DNA of 63,736 nucleotides, filler included, from Choristocarpus tenellus KU-1152 (lineage: Eukaryota; Protista; Phaeophyceae): NCBI GenBank assembly GCA_964200185.2. It is 9 parts of 9 records of this genome, joined end to end, with 100 filler letters (N's around TTAATTAATTAA, not from the genome) between each part and the next. Parts side by side here need not be neighbours in the genome. Positions count along the whole stretch, not along the records: positions 24,250 to 29,828 come from CAXNAD020010359.1; positions 29,929 to 36,631 come from CAXNAD020007528.1; positions 36,732 to 44,204 come from CAXNAD020006101.1; 6 more parts are not named here. One strand, given 5' to 3'. Positions 25,944-39,754 of the stretch are shown here, in pieces. Below the pieces are notes generated by a model that worked only from the letters and a program-made list of their open reading frames with translations, was not told the origin of the DNA and ran no database searches. The translations under genes were made by a program, and so were the position numbers. Each line of letters opens with the position of its first letter. Position 1 is the stretch's first letter.

Positions 25944-26984
25944 CTAGGCAGGACCTCCAGCCATGTATGAGGACAACAACTCTCGAAATTGAAGTGCTGC
26001 TCTTGGAGAAAAGATCCCCTCAACCATAGGGATGCCATTGTCCAATGCCCACTGTACGATGTCAAGATGACCACACTCAACAGCGCAGCACAAGGTCCAC
26101 TCATCCCACGGGCAGTCATTGGCCCTGGCATACTTGAGAATGTCCAGATGTCCCCCGATAGCAGCTTGTTGACAAGTCCTTGCATCCCAGGGGCAACCTT
26201 TGCTCCTGGCCCACTTCAAGGTATTCAGATGTCCACCCTTCGCGGCATTTGAACAGGTCCTCGTATCCCATGGGCAGCCGTTGGCCCTGGCCCACTTCAA
26301 GATCTCTAGGTACCCTCCTTCCGCAGCACTGGCGCAGATCCCTCCAAACCATGGCCCACCATCCCAAGGACAGCCGTTGGCCTTGGCCCACTCCAGCGCG
26401 TGCAGATGCCCCCCCAAGGCACCCTGGGAATAGGTCGTCCCGTCCCAAGGACAACCGTTGGCCCTGACCCACTTCATAATATCCAGATGTCCCCTTCGAG
26501 CAGCACGAGAGCAAGTCCCCACACCCCATGGGCAGCCATTGACTCTCACCCACTTCAGCACCTCCAGGTGACCTCCCCCAGCAGCTGAAGAACAGGTCCT
26601 TGAATCCCAGGCACAGCCGTTCGCCCTGGCCCACTTCAATGTATCGAGTTGACCCTCCCTTGCGGCATACGCACAGGTCCGAGCATCCCATGGACAACCT
26701 TCCGCTCTGGCGTAGATTAGCACGGACAGATCACCTCGCCCAGCCGTCATTGCACAGATATTTTCATCCCATGGACAACCGTATTCCTTAGCCCAAGTCA
26801 TTCGAGACACCGACTGAACGACTGAGTTGATACTAGTTGTGGTAGGTCGACTCGTCAACCAGATATCTCTCCATTCTCTAGATACACCAGCGATGAAAAG
26901 GAACTCATCGGGAGAAGTGAACTGTACGAGTTGCTGCAAAATATATAGGCTACCATTGATGCCGAAGTCTGGTTCTGGGGACAT
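25944..26984 (-). CDS. Intronless ankyrin-repeat protein (GCPWD-type ~25-aa repeats) with an F-box-like N-terminus, ~346 aa
   Basis: About 9-10 repeats of TCxxAAxGGHLxxLKWARANGCPWD; N-terminal ILQQLVQFTSPDEFLFIAGVSREWR; first ATG at 26984. Confidence 0.9.
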   Translation of the reverse strand: MSPEPDFGINGSLYILQQLVQFTSPDEFLFIAGVSREWRDIWLTSRPTTTSINSVVQSVSRMTWAKEYGCPWDENICAMTAGRGDLSVLIYARAEGCPWDARTCAYAAREGQLDTLKWARANGCAWDSRTCSSAAGGGHLEVLKWVRVNGCPWGVGTCSRAARRGHLDIMKWVRANGCPWDGTTYSQGALGGHLHALEWAKANGCPWDGGPWFGGICASAAEGGYLEILKWARANGCPWDTRTCSNAAKGGHLNTLKWARSKGCPWDARTCQQAAIGGHLDILKYARANDCPWDEWTLCCAVECGHLDIVQWALDNGIPMVEGIFSPRAALQFRELLSSYMAGGPA

Positions 26985-28199
26985 CGTCGTCTGCAACTAG
27001 CTTCTAGCAAGGTTGGCCTGTTCACCACAACACTTGTCATGAACACTGAGAACTAAACAAGTCAAAGATTCCTTATTGCCAATTGCTGGATGTTGTTGGT
27101 TCTGTTGCAATGGAGAAATGCACGAGTATATGAGCGATACCCTTCGAATAAGATGAACATGGAGTGTCCATATCTCCAGACCTTCAGGTAAAACTCGTTC
27201 TACTTTTACACTAATCTTCAACAATAACTCGATAGACACTAATATATATGTTAAACAAAATACACAACAAACTAAAAAATGATAGGAAATTGAATCGAAC
27301 TATTCCATTTTGGTCTTGAATTGTTGAGGTGAGTGATTTGGTGCTGTTCGTGTAAAACTTCAAATATTATCGTTCAAAGTTTGTGATGATTTTGTGTTGT
27401 CAATGCACCAAATTGTTCTCGAGTCTGAGATAAATCGGCTCGAAATATTTTCTTGTATTCATTACAATATCTGTTGAAAACTGAAAATGTCAAGAAACAC
27501 AATGAGTAGTTAAAGCCAGGCTCTGCCTAATTGTTTCGCCGACTACGCAAGTGGCATTGTCTCGACGTGTCATGCCCTTCAAGCTAGAGTCACCAGGGAG
27601 ATGGGCACGGACGGAGGGGTTTGTTGTATTCTTGGGATGCCTCCCTAGCTCCCTCCCCGGGGCACAGGAGTAGGTAGATGGGAAGCACAGGAAGACAGTT
27701 GTACAATATTTGATGTGGTGTAACTGATCGCTTAGTGGTTTCCGCACTTACAGTGTTTTACAGTGTTCTCACGTTTAGGATATTTTATTTCTTTAGGGCT
27801 AATAACAAGGTATGTATAGTTTTCATTGATTTTCTCCCGGACACATACATCTACAAAATGTCAGAGGGCATAATAATATAAAATAATGTGTATCAATTCA
27901 TATATAGAGAGTTTGAACAAAAAAAGATGCTCATTTAGTGATATACCACCCTCCACAACTTATTTTTTCGTTTACTACATTTACGTACTCTTTTGTTTAA
28001 AGTGTTCTTGAAGGTACCTTTTTCCAGTTTTGATGTTTTCCAGAAAAAAAATGGACTGAAGTGCTGTCAAGAGCAGGATTGTGGACTTTTTCGTTTGATG
28101 TATCTATTATCTGTTTTGTGTTACGTACGTTGTCCCTAAATATTATTGCTGCTACAGCCCTCAGGTGTTACTGTTTCTGTTGCCTTTCTCTCCAACCTC

Positions 28200-28414
28200 T
28201 TATTCATCCACCTTCATCCAGGTGTTGTGAAGGAAGAAAAGAACCTGCACATTTTCTGGGTCCAGGCTGTTCCGTTTGGCACTTGGAAATATTCCAAGCT
28301 GTTGAGAATATGTGTTCTATGTCTGTGTAGTAGGAATGGGTGCAAAATGCGGTGGGGAAGTTTGCCCAGGCACCGAAATTTTGATCTCATTTCCCACTAC
28401 CACTTGAGTGGGTC
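28200..28414 (-). pseudogene. hAT transposase C-terminal dimerization domain relic
   Basis: DPLKW*W..KFRCLGKL..(frameshift)IPTTQ..EHIFSTAW..(frameshift)SAKRNSLDPENVQVLFFLHN, matching the hAT pattern DPLxWW...IPATS..ERxFS...KRxxLxPENVxxLxFL. Confidence 0.75.
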
Positions 28415-29828
28415 GTTGCAAGCTCCAGTGCCCAAGTTAGTACCCGGGAACCCTCCTGCGATCATGGGGTGCTTCCTCCATGAGCTCCTTGACAGTGCCC
28501 TCCAATATCCCACCATCTCCAGCTGAAACCCCCCCTATACACACACTTTGCAAGGAAGGCTTTCACCAACCCCTTGTGTCTTTTCTGGGAGTGCTGCCCC
28601 TTCTCATTATTAGTAGTACATGCAAGTGGTGGACTTGGTTCAACAACAAGACTATTTTCTCCCTCATGTGCCCTGTGCTCCTTCACAACACCCAAAACTT
28701 CCAACTCCACCTGCCTTCAAATATACTCATGCCTATCATTCGATAAAAAAATTGAAATCATTACCCATGACAAATACATACAAATTTCAAGATCATTCAA
28801 CTCTGATACCATCCCCAATGTCATGCAACCTAACATCATCCTCTCCCAAAATGAGGGTAAGTAATTGCATTACTGTTACAGGGTGGAAATCTCGGTAGGA
28901 CCTCCATGATACAGCTGCCCCCGAAGCTTACCTCCACAGGATGTATAGTTCTAATCTACAGGCCTATAGATGATACTGCTGCAAATATAGGAGGACTGAT
29001 GCACAAGTCGTCAAGTAAGCTGAATCTCTCACTTGGATTATCATCATTATCATCGTATAAAAAGGAACTGGTATATGATATCTTATCACAATAGGCGACC
29101 ATAATGACCAAAAAATAAATAAATAGTCAAGAAATACAAATACATCGAATCTAGGACTTCAATGTCATAATGATGTTTATGAAACCACTCTTAAGACATA
29201 TCGCCTATAACATTACCCTTCCACAGCTAGTGAGTGATTACCATCAATTCCTCAAAACCACAAGCCTGTCATGTAGAAGATAGTCAATTCTTCTATGGGA
29301 AGGCATTGCCAGTCACACTTGATTTCCCTCCCAAGTACTGTACTGTCTGAAGGATAAGCAAGAGTCTTTGGAAAGTCACACCACCTTAAAAGTTAAGGCC
29401 AAGCAGAAATTCATGAACAACTTTAATACAGCCTCCCATGGAATATGAAAAATACTTGGAGGGGGAGTAACAGCATCAATGACATCATATCCCACAGGTG
29501 GATTTGTGCATAAAGCTATCGCACAACCTTTGACCCATAAACCAAAGTTGTATATGACAGGTCTTGCTACTACAATACGTCAAACGCAAAATGTAGATAT
29601 GTAGTATATACCGTCAAGCAGGATGCAACCGATTACTGAAGGCTTCAGTACAATACCAGAGGAAATTATTGTACCAAGGGAGGTGATACCCTAGATGAAT
29701 TGTATTACAAAACGCTCCCCAAACTTACCAGGATGGGATATGAGTCAAAGTAACTGTGGGGGCGGGGGGGGGGGGGGGGGGGGGGGGGGTGGGGCGGGGG
29801 GGGGGCGCACGCACATCTCGTTTTTCTT

Positions 29829-29928
29829 NNNNNNNNNNNNNNNNNNNNNNNNNNNNNNNNNNNNNNNNNNNNTTAATTAATTAANNNNNNNNNNNNNNNN
29901 NNNNNNNNNNNNNNNNNNNNNNNNNNNN
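29829..29928. other. Artificial contig linker (preceded by a poly-G tract)
   Basis: N44-TTAATTAATTAA-N44. Confidence 0.97.
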
Positions 29929-31911
29929 GCGCACCATTTCGGTCAAACCCATCCTCCATGAAATGATCCATCCGCCATTATCATGATCCGCTGTTATGAG
30001 GATTTTGTGTAGCTGTCAATACAAAAAGTTGTGGGATGAACTAAACGTATTGTATAGAGAGGTGAGGAATTGTGTCGGTGAGATAAACATTTTGAACCTT
30101 GAGTCACCATCATTTTGAAAATAACTGTATTCCTGTGTGGTGTACAAAAATGCAGGATGAACATATCGAGGTCTCCCTTACCGATACACTGTGTGTAGGG
30201 TGGACACCATCTACAATGCTGGGACTTGGCATGAATTAGTTCACTGTTCTGGCACTCCATTATAGGGGGGAGAACTGAAATATTACCACAAACACATCGT
30301 TTGTAGACACAAAAAAGCATGGGGATGAAATAGAAATGTGCACCCAGATGAAGGAAATTGACTCTTGGCAAGTGAGACAATCTCATAAATTCCATAAAAA
30401 GTCAGAAAACTTGAATTGACAACAGGACCCTATAGATGCAATAGATTTGAAGAGAAGGAAAATTTCAGTGTCATACTCCAGTCCATCTAACCGGTACACC
30501 TCATCACTTATCACACAAGTGAACAAGGAGAGCGGTAAGCAAGAAATTTCAACTCAAAAAGAAAGAGATAAAGAGAATACCAACGTTCAGCAGGCAGTGG
30601 TGGCCCTGATCTGACTGCCCTGCCTAAGCTGCTGCTATAACATTAAGTGCATCAAGAGTATTGGTCTTTACTGCCTTTCAACATCTGAGTGAAGCAGGAA
30701 TGATTCCTATCGACAAGTAGCAGTGCCACTGCCAGATCATATTTTCCATTGGATTTAGCTCTACAAGCTTGATTGCATTGCACAACATTGACCATACGTC
30801 ATACATGATAAGGCTCTAGGCACTTTACACACAAATAAAGAAGACTGTTAGTGTTGTGAATTGAATTAATTCGATCGATCATTGTTTATCTGCTCAAATT
30901 CCCTAACAGTGCCTTATTTTGTGTGCCTTGCACATAATTCTGTTCACTGTTGCAAACTGTAGTTTGAGGTCCAAAAACTCATACTGCGACCTTGGAGGTT
31001 GGAGAATGAAAGAGGACACAGTCCTTCCACAACCACTCATATCACACAGGTTGCGTCCTTCTCTTCACCATTGAAGTTTGCAACACAGAAGTGTGATATG
31101 TGCTCCCTAGAAATCCCAACATTATTATTGCCTACCCGTTTTACCATCAGGTTAATCTATTGGTCAACTCAACCCCAACAAAAACAAGTTTCATGTTGAC
31201 ACACACAGACCACTGCACTGTCACGAAGGCTGATCACCTGCACCTAAATCGTGTTTAAGTCGTGAGTTATCCCAGATAAGCGCCTCCACCTTAACAAGAG
31301 AGGCAGCAACAAGGAAAATTAGTTACAACCTTTTTTGGCAATAGAGACAAAAAGAAATGAGAAGAGGAAATATGAGAGAAAGGAACAGCAAAAGTGGTGT
31401 TTAACAGCACAACCTAGAGTAATACCATAAAATTTGGTCTTCTTTACATTCAACATCGAATTGATAGCACACCCTTCAAAAAATCGCCCAGGAAAAAATT
31501 AAGCCAAAGCACAGTAAAACAAACTGAGACCTAGGCAGGGTTACATTTTAAGGACCCTAAGAAAGGGCTAAAAGAGGTTTTGTACAGTTGCAGAAAGAGT
31601 CTTCACTGAATCTTTGGTGTCACCATGTGTTGGGAAAAGGGGAATAACATTTTTTTCGTACACTGTGCACATAAAGCAATGAAACAGAGTGTATTGCATA
31701 CGGTAAGCAGGATGCTTTTTTTTAATGCAAAAGGGTTCAAACTTTCCTACCTCTCCATTGGCTTGCTTCCGTGGTGAGTCATGTACTCTGAACAAATGTA
31801 CTATCAAAAATTCATTAGTTTCTTCTCACACAAAAAAAGCTTATTAGTATTCAGTAACAGCATTAGGAAGAGACCACAACTCGTTTTTGTTAGTGCACCT
31901 CATTTGTGCAA

Positions 31912-34834
31912 CTAGAAGTTGCAAATGCACACCGACAAATTTCCGATCACCTTTGGATATATATCTTCTGCAGCACGGTCACCCCACATGGTGTCCAGGT
32001 GTTCGAAGTCCGCTTGCTTGTGCACCAGCACAACATTTGGGAGTAGCTTTTCTAGGCTGTCCACCTCAACTGTGCATCAAGACAGTCACAGGTATTGGGG
32101 GCTTGAACCAGTTGTTTGTGTGGCGAGTTTGTCTTGTGAAAAAAGGTTTGCTAGGAAATAGAAAGAGTCAAACAAATTGAGAGGTAGGCAGGGTTGTGTT
32201 TTAAGGATCCTGAGAAAGGGCAAAAATAAACCACTTTATCCAGTTGCAGAAAGAACCTTTGCTTAATTGATGTTTCACCTTGTGGGTGACCCAAAGGATC
32301 TGGGGTGTGTGCGTGTGTATACCAGGGTGTCCATTTGGGCCAAAACCAGGAAAGGTGCACTTACATTTTCCATCCGATATATGCAACCAAATCACCTCAA
32401 AATCACGACATGAAAAAATGGCCCCAAATAAATGGACAGGCGCCACCCCCCCAGATACTTTTCATACGAAAATGGGGAATATCAATTTTGCATACACTAT
32501 TGTGCACATGAAGCAATGAAATTGAGTTTATTGAATCGGGTAAGAAAGATAGCCTATAACGCAAAAAATTCAAATCTGCCTACTGCTCAAATTGTTTAGC
32601 TTGAAAGGTGTAAGATTTGACAAGGGGCGGTGGGTGGGGGTGGGGGTACACCAGAGTACATGCTTCCTTCACCAATGGCCCTTTATGGAGATGTGTTGCA
32701 ATGTGTGTTAAGGGAAGAGGTTGGATTGAGTGGAACATGCCTTCACTGTTTCACACCAATATCTGCAATAGCACTAATCAAGGGTGATTGCATCAGGTGC
32801 AGCAATTAGACCCCAGCTCTTACTAGTTTACAAATATATGAGAAGTGTACCTTCACACTGTTCCATATTCTCCTATGACTGCTACACCTGGGCACCATTG
32901 TGAGAGAGTCAAGACATGGCAGGTCCAGCACCATGGTTTTCACCCTTTAAGTATGTAAGGGGCCTTCACTATCATGGCATGCAAGTCGTTCCTAAACCAA
33001 ATCGATTTTTGTCCCAAACAACTAGAATAATGCCTTTGACCAGCACATCAAGGTGTTACATTTACACGAGTAAGAGCGTTGCCACTATAGAAAACATGTG
33101 TCTAAAAGGAGACATCAGTATGTAAACCCCACATACAAATCAGTAATTTCAAGCCAAAAGGGTATCATGATTTCGTCCCAAACTGAGCAAGACATTGTCC
33201 TGGGATCATTCAAGTTCAGTTCTATTAATCTTCAACATTTCGGATTGCCAACAACACAATGCTGCCATTAGTGGGTTGACCTCTCTATTCTTCACAACTT
33301 CAACACCCCATTCCTTACAACTTGAACGGGACAGTAGCTCAAGCCTCCCGTGTGTGTACAAAATATTTATAACATACACATAATCCCTTTCTCTAACCTT
33401 TTGGTGTTTCATTCTCCTCCTTCCACATTGCCACCCATCCCCTATGTCAGCTCCCTCCTCCCCCCAATGACCATCCCCAGCACACAACAACACACACACA
33501 TACACACTCCAACACTCACACACACACCTAGCTCATCTCTTCCTCCATAAATTAGACCCACTGCGCACTTTACTTGTCGGAGATCATACGTCAGTGGGAC
33601 GTATTGAGAAAGTGGAACATCAGTGAACATCGCAAGGCATCCTGAGTTGATCATCTGAAACCAGTGGATCACACACTTGACTGTTGCGTTCACAAGGGGA
33701 CAGAGAGATGGTCAAACCCCACGACAAATCTCCCCATAAAAAACGAACAAGGAGCACATCAATGGCAGCCCTACAACAGTGTTGACTATCAAGTACTGGA
33801 CTAGTTGAGGATTCACACAGCAGTTCTACCAGAGGGAGTAACAAGAGGACAAAAACAACAGATGTGCGTATATTGTTTTCTCAAAAGAGGGATTGGTTAC
33901 ACCCACGTAAGATTTTGCAGTCAAGGCTCGACATCAACAGAGGAAGAGCATAACAATAGCCTGCAACGGAGAGGAAAATTTGGTGTAATGAGTTGTGATC
34001 GGACAAATCCATGGATCGTTGACAGGGGGAAGAGCTCAACAAGTGTACAGGGTGCCATTGCGTTATTGCAACAATAGCACGGTGTAACTGACGGGGCAAT
34101 GTTGGGAAAGTAGAATGGGAGGGGGTTAACTTAACCGTAAGAAGGGACACGTGAATGGGAGAGGAAATAAATAGGTGGCTGGTCAGAGGTAGAGTCTAGG
34201 GAATGAGTACACAGGGCACAGTAGGTGTGTTGGTGAGTGTGAAAGCAAGGGAGAAAAAATATTACAAAGTTAGGTGAAGGTAAGGAGTGAATATCGGAGA
34301 TGAGAGTCCAGGTATGTCAAGGACAAAATTCGGACAGAGGATGCTGAGAGATCTGTAGTGGAGAAGGGGATATCTAATCCTAACCCTCTTCTATTATTCA
34401 TTTCATTTTTTTCTTGACCCTAATTTTTGCTCTTTATAAAGAGAGAGAATATATCTTAACAACAAACACAAACGACTGGACCTGGTACAGTCAGAAGGAC
34501 ACTAACAAGGGGGGTGGGGTGGAGTAGGGCATTATTTGCAAACCCCCTTGCAATCCACTCACTAACACACACTTCCAAATAGCTTGGAATGCATCAGAAA
34601 ATCGATTCACAAATCGCCACTGAACAACACGTAGGTCGAAATCCAGTGACCTACATCAACACACTCCAAACAACGTAATGTACCAAGTAATCACCCTTCA
34701 CACTATAATCAAGCCTCACTGTACATACCCCAAAGGATACAGTTTTCACTGTTGTTCTGATTGTAAAGACATTTCTCACCTGAGGAAAAGCTATAGATGT
34801 GCGGGTACAGTTCCAGCTTCCTGCAAGGGTTTAC
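31912..34834 (-). CDS. Acid lipase / sterol esterase family (gastric/lysosomal lipase-like), 3' exons only: 34834-34780, 33680-33528, 32069-31912
   Basis: Spliced translation LYPHIYSFSS-VKCVIHWFQMI...YDLRQVKCAVGLIYGGRDEL-VEVDSLEKLLP...FEHLDTMWG, containing the catalytic Asp and His motifs. 5' exons not found. Confidence 0.8.
32318..32463 (-). mobile_element. Family B asymmetric ~150-bp element, in the lipase intron
   Basis: Reverse complement of the copies at 42845 and 63567. Confidence 0.75.
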
Positions 34835-36373
34835 CTGCCCGTGAAGCAGCACAATTCTACAAATTTTGATATCAGAACGTCCACCACCTTGCAGTGTGTT
34901 TCCGTGTGTTTGTGCCTTTGTTTGTGAGCATAAAGTGCATGCCCATTTTCGTAAGTGCTCCAGAATGCCTCTGTAGTATGTGGTGACATGTTGGGTGATG
35001 GGGGTACGTGTATATTTGATTTCATCTCTACTACTCCTTGTATCTTGTTGCACAACGATTTTTGGTATCTAATCTCAGGGAGAATACATTGCACTTAACC
35101 TCTCTTGTGGAAATCCAAGCGCATCTAGCTGCTATAAAAATCCAAGGGCAAGGATATGGTAACAACACAAAAGTTCAAGGGAAAGGTTCATGACCTCATT
35201 GCCACCACATCCATCACACTCAATCTATAGCTGACCATGTGCAGGAATGTCAACCACTTGCACTGAGTATGATTCTTGTTTTTCGAATATGTATATGAGT
35301 ATTTCGAAGAGTACTCAACAAATATCTTTTTTGTAGCGAGTATGGCTTGAATAAATCGACATACATATATATTTCAAAATTGAAGTCCAAGGAAATTATT
35401 TTTCAGATATTTTCGAATGTTTTTCTTCTGAGTGTAGAGATTGGTGAGTCACACAAGCAAGGCCACGGAACACTTTCATCATGCGGTAATGAGTCGTGAG
35501 TGTCCGTGAGTGTTTCGAGGACAGTGGAGGCGAACACCTAGATCATGAGCAATATGTCGACCCATCTGTCGAACAAAGAGTCCAGTTTGTCTGGAGAGGA
35601 TGAACCATGAATAGAAGAGAGGCAAAGGGTGGGATGATAACGATCACGGCCACCAGCGCCTGATGCAAGATCCAGGTTGAGTCGTGACTGAGCAAGAGAA
35701 TGGAAAGAATGTTGAAGAGTGGACAACAATGAAGCCTGCTGGATCAAGGGCTACTTATTGTCTCTACTTCGGACTTTAACACGGGGGGAAATGCTCAACC
35801 TAGCTGTGTACTCGATATGTTGAGTAGAAAATGAACATTTTCCAAATTCAAGGTCAAATCAAGTAACACAAAAGTCACTACAAGATACCTACCAAATAGT
35901 CCAAGAAATCACCTTCGCTCCAAACCCCTTGGCACAAGGAAGCTTTGTGAGTTGGAGAAGATTGGAAAGAAGGGCAAGGGATCTCGGTAGGGCGGCCAAC
36001 TACAGGAGGACCATTCTCCCAAGGCTAAGGCACCAGAGTGGGGGCCACTCTTTACTGCTCGATCCTCCTGTCAATGCATATCTATAACGATATGGCAGAT
36101 ATGGCAACAAGGCAGTGTGTCTGGCAGTAGTAGTGGAAAGGAGCATGGAAGGAAATGGATGAGAATCTCCAAATACATTCTTCTGGATGATGGGGTCCAT
36201 CAACGGTCAAGGGGCTTCTTCCCTCACCATGCTTCACACTATTTCCTTGACTCTTGGCCCTTTGTTGCCTTGCCTCCTACATGCTTCACGCATCATGCTA
36301 TTGTTAGACTTCCCAGCCAACTTGATTCATACTCATGATACCTACCTCTCAGCTTGTAACGCCATACATGAAA

Positions 36374-36631
36374 GAGTCAAAGTATCTTAGAGGGTAGAGC
36401 CGCGTCCATTTGGGGGCCAAAATCCAATGTTGTGATTTTGGTGTAATTTTGACTATCGTGTTCGATAGGAAGTGTCAATATCCTTGTTCTGGACACACCT
36501 TTTCATAACATATATATTTTACTACTCCGAAACATTTTGGAGTAGATTAAATGTCATTAAAAGCCCGTGGGAAGCCAAGCCCCAAATGGACAAACAGGGA
36601 AAAACTCGTACCCTCTAAGATACTTTCACTC
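36374..36631 (+). mobile_element. MITE family A copy 7 (near-consensus, ends at contig break)
   Basis: GAGTCAAAGTATCTTAGAGGGTA ... TACCCTCTAAGATACTTTCACTC. Confidence 0.93.
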
Positions 36632-36731
36632 NNNNNNNNNNNNNNNNNNNNNNNNNNNNNNNNNNNNNNNNNNNNTTAATTAATTAANNNNNNNNNNNNN
36701 NNNNNNNNNNNNNNNNNNNNNNNNNNNNNNN
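36632..36731. other. Artificial contig linker
   Basis: N44-TTAATTAATTAA-N44. Confidence 0.97.
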
Positions 36732-36805
36732 TCACCCAAAAATCACGACATGAAAAAATTGACCCCAAATGGACAGCCACCACCCCCCCCCAGATACTTT
36801 GAGCC
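36732..36805 (-). mobile_element. Family B element, truncated by gap
   Basis: ccccaaatggacagccaccacccccccccagatactttgagcc. Confidence 0.75.
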
Positions 36806-37759
36806 TTTTGACATGCCCGTGATATCATGCTTGGGTGAGGGATTGAGAATAAGGGCAGTAAACCAACACAGGCATTAGTGTTGTGAACCGGTGGTGCGCT
36901 AAAGAAGCTGTGGTTGCCAACTTCTGTCATGCTAAAGCAGGGGGTGAGTCGACACAAGCAGATCGGGCCACATCCGCACTCGCCAGTGCCTGCTGAATGT
37001 TGCTTTTTTTAATCGATCTCCTTCCTTAGGGCTGATTGTTTCTCGCCTTCCTCTTTCCTGTTGTCTGATATCTGACAGGCGGTGTCAGGATTGGACGGAC
37101 TGGACGTGACACTTTATTTTCTATTCCTCCTTTTCCCACAGGACCTGGGGATGTTACGATGTTAAAGATGCCCCCCTGTCGCAGGAAGTTATGCTGGGTT
37201 TTCTTGGTCATCCCTTCTTAGCTACATTGAGTATCCTCTTTCTTTTTCTTCCTTTTTTTTCTTTGCCGCATTTCTGCCCTTTCTCGATCAACAGTACTTT
37301 CTCTCGGAAAGACAACCTAGGCCCTGCTATGGCTTGGAGACCACGGACTGTTCTATTGGGGGGTGGGGCTCACAGAATGATAACAGCTCTTTTCAATGAA
37401 GAGGCCGCGCCAAGATAGACTGTAGTCAAGGTGAAGCCTAAAGAATGAGGGTGTCGGCTCTTTTTGGTGCAAGAGCCGCGAAACGGCAAGCTTCTCCATC
37501 GAGCTCAATACAAGATGAGGGTGAGAGACAGACCTCTAGGTCAGGATTAGGAGGAGGGGCTGGCTCCAGTTGGTACGAGGAGGTACAGGGGGCACCAGTG
37601 GCTCGCTAAGAACAAAATAGCAACAAGACAGCAAGAAAACGAGCAAGGAATGATGAATGGATCTTAGCCCAAGACCGCACCAGCCACCATGGTAAGAGCA
37701 AATCGTGTCCTGGGTCAACCATTTCCATGTATGCTTAGATTTTGGACTAAAAACAGACA

Positions 37760-37960
37760 GCACCAAAATATCCGGGAGGGTGGAGTGGCTGTCCATTTGG
37801 GACCGATTGTAACATGTCGTGAGTTTAGGGTTAGTTGAGAGAGAGTGTGGCTCTAGCCCCACCCAGGACCAAAGTATCTGGGAGGGTGGTGGCTATCCAT
37901 TTGGGGTCGATTGTAACATATCGTGAGTTTAGGGTTAGTTGCTTGTATGCGTGGGATTTA
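37760..37960 (+). mobile_element. Two tandem diverged family B left ends
   Basis: accaaa(a/g)tatc..ggagggtgg..ggct.tccatttgg..cgattgtaacat.tcgtgagtttagggttagttg occurs twice. Confidence 0.6.
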
Positions 37961-39754
37961 TAATGCATTTTATAGAGATGTGTGCATATACTTAGTTGCA
38001 CCTGGGTTAGGGTTAGTGCGGAAAAATATGCTGTCACTGCTTTGAGCGATTGTTTAATTTAGACTTTTATGAAGGGAAAAAAATGATTAGGGTTAGTTTT
38101 AAGTATGGTAGAGTACCCATGTTGGTGTGCTCTTGCTCGATTAGTAATGAAAAATATCTTGTCATTGGTTAGGGTTAACTGGTGGTTTATGCTTCATGAA
38201 GTGGACAAATGTTTACATTCATCACGAAGTACTATGACGATTTGGGTTCTGAATTAGTGAGATTAATTGGAGTGAAACGATTTTCAAAACTTTATTGAAG
38301 TGTGATGAATTGTGTAATTGATTATTTGGACTCGAATTGAAGCGACTAAAATGGTTCAATTGATTCAAGTATGGTGAGGTTTGTTACACGAAAACCTTAT
38401 TTTCGCACGCGTACATCGATATTGTGGTATACAGAGGGACTTGGGGTAAGTGAGAGATATGATCGAGCTGCAAAGGACGGGGATAGGTTTGTTTAAGAAC
38501 TTGTTGGAAATTGTTTTGGAATGTCTCCACGTGAATTTAAATTGGGGTATGTGGGTTGGGGTGACGGCTGTCCATGTGGGTCAAGGGTGGACCATGTCGT
38601 GAATTTCGGTCGATTTGGTTACATGAGTTGCATGTACAATGCATCTTGTATGCCTGTTTGTATGTACGTGTCCTTGGGCTGAGGAAGTATGGAAAAATAG
38701 AGAGTCATCGTTTAGTGCCATGAATTAGTTGATTTTTGAATAATGTAATCAATCAATTCCTTGATCGATAAAACTATGGTGAAATCCATTACGGAAACGA
38801 CCTGTTGACAGACGCACGCTTATTTTTGGATGCAACTAATTTGCAAAGATCGAATACTGTGATGGTTTGGCGTAAACGAGAGGTACTCCAGAGCTGCGAA
38901 GGGATGGCGATATAAAGCTTGCTTAAAATGTGAATAATTATCAGGAACATTAGCATAAAAAAAGCGTAACAGTCTTCGCAACTTAGAACCAAGGCGGAAG
39001 TGTAACCTCCTTTGGTCGAAAGGTTAGCCCAAGTTTCAAATGTGTTTGTGATTGACGGAGGGTAAACAGAGATAGGTTTGTAAAGTAAAGTTCACCAAAC
39101 GGTGTTACCTGGTGATCACCAAAGCACCTCATAATAATGAAGCGAATACATGACAAGGAGTCTGGTGTACCCCAGCATGGTGCGATGAGGACGAAACCCT
39201 GTGTGAGACACTGCATAGTGTTTAAGGCTATCGATTTCGCTTTGCATCAGAGGAAGAATGGTTATTGAGGGGACAATATGTTATCCCTTGGTATATTAGC
39301 GTTGAACTCGTCAGTAGCTGCGTGCTGTGTGATCGCCCTGGTAGATACCTAAATACAAATTTGAATCCAAATATTGAACCAAAATTGATGTTTTTCAGAG
39401 CAGGATATTCGACTTGACCAATCCGACTAGTTCAGTTCACAGCAGGGAGACCGTTCTATGAATTATGCTTGTAATTAGGCGCTGACTGACAGTAACAACC
39501 CCAGAGTCCACAAAACTAGGTCCAGACAGTGTGAACTTGATCACGGGACAGAGTGTTGAAGGGACAGGAATTCGTACGTCTGTGACATACACCACCCTTA
39601 CTTCAAGTTTGAATGAACATGCTAGGAGAGCCAGAAACATCTGCCATAGCGCTGCTACTGCCGAAAAATGAGCACTATGAATCACAACAATTTGATACTT
39701 ATGAATAAATTGTTTTCTAAAAACTTGAGCTAGTAATGGAAACCTTTCTTTATA

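Noticed and set aside
26116-26791. Overlapping alternative-frame and antisense ORFs with repeated motifs (e.g. 26116-26697)
   Set aside because: Shadows of the repetitive ankyrin CDS
29695-29828. Poly-Gly ORF
   Set aside because: Poly-G homopolymer at a contig end; not coding
30720-30770. Minus-strand ELNPMENMIW resembling the Tc1/mariner motif DLNPIENxW
   Set aside because: Isolated short match with no other DDE motifs in frame
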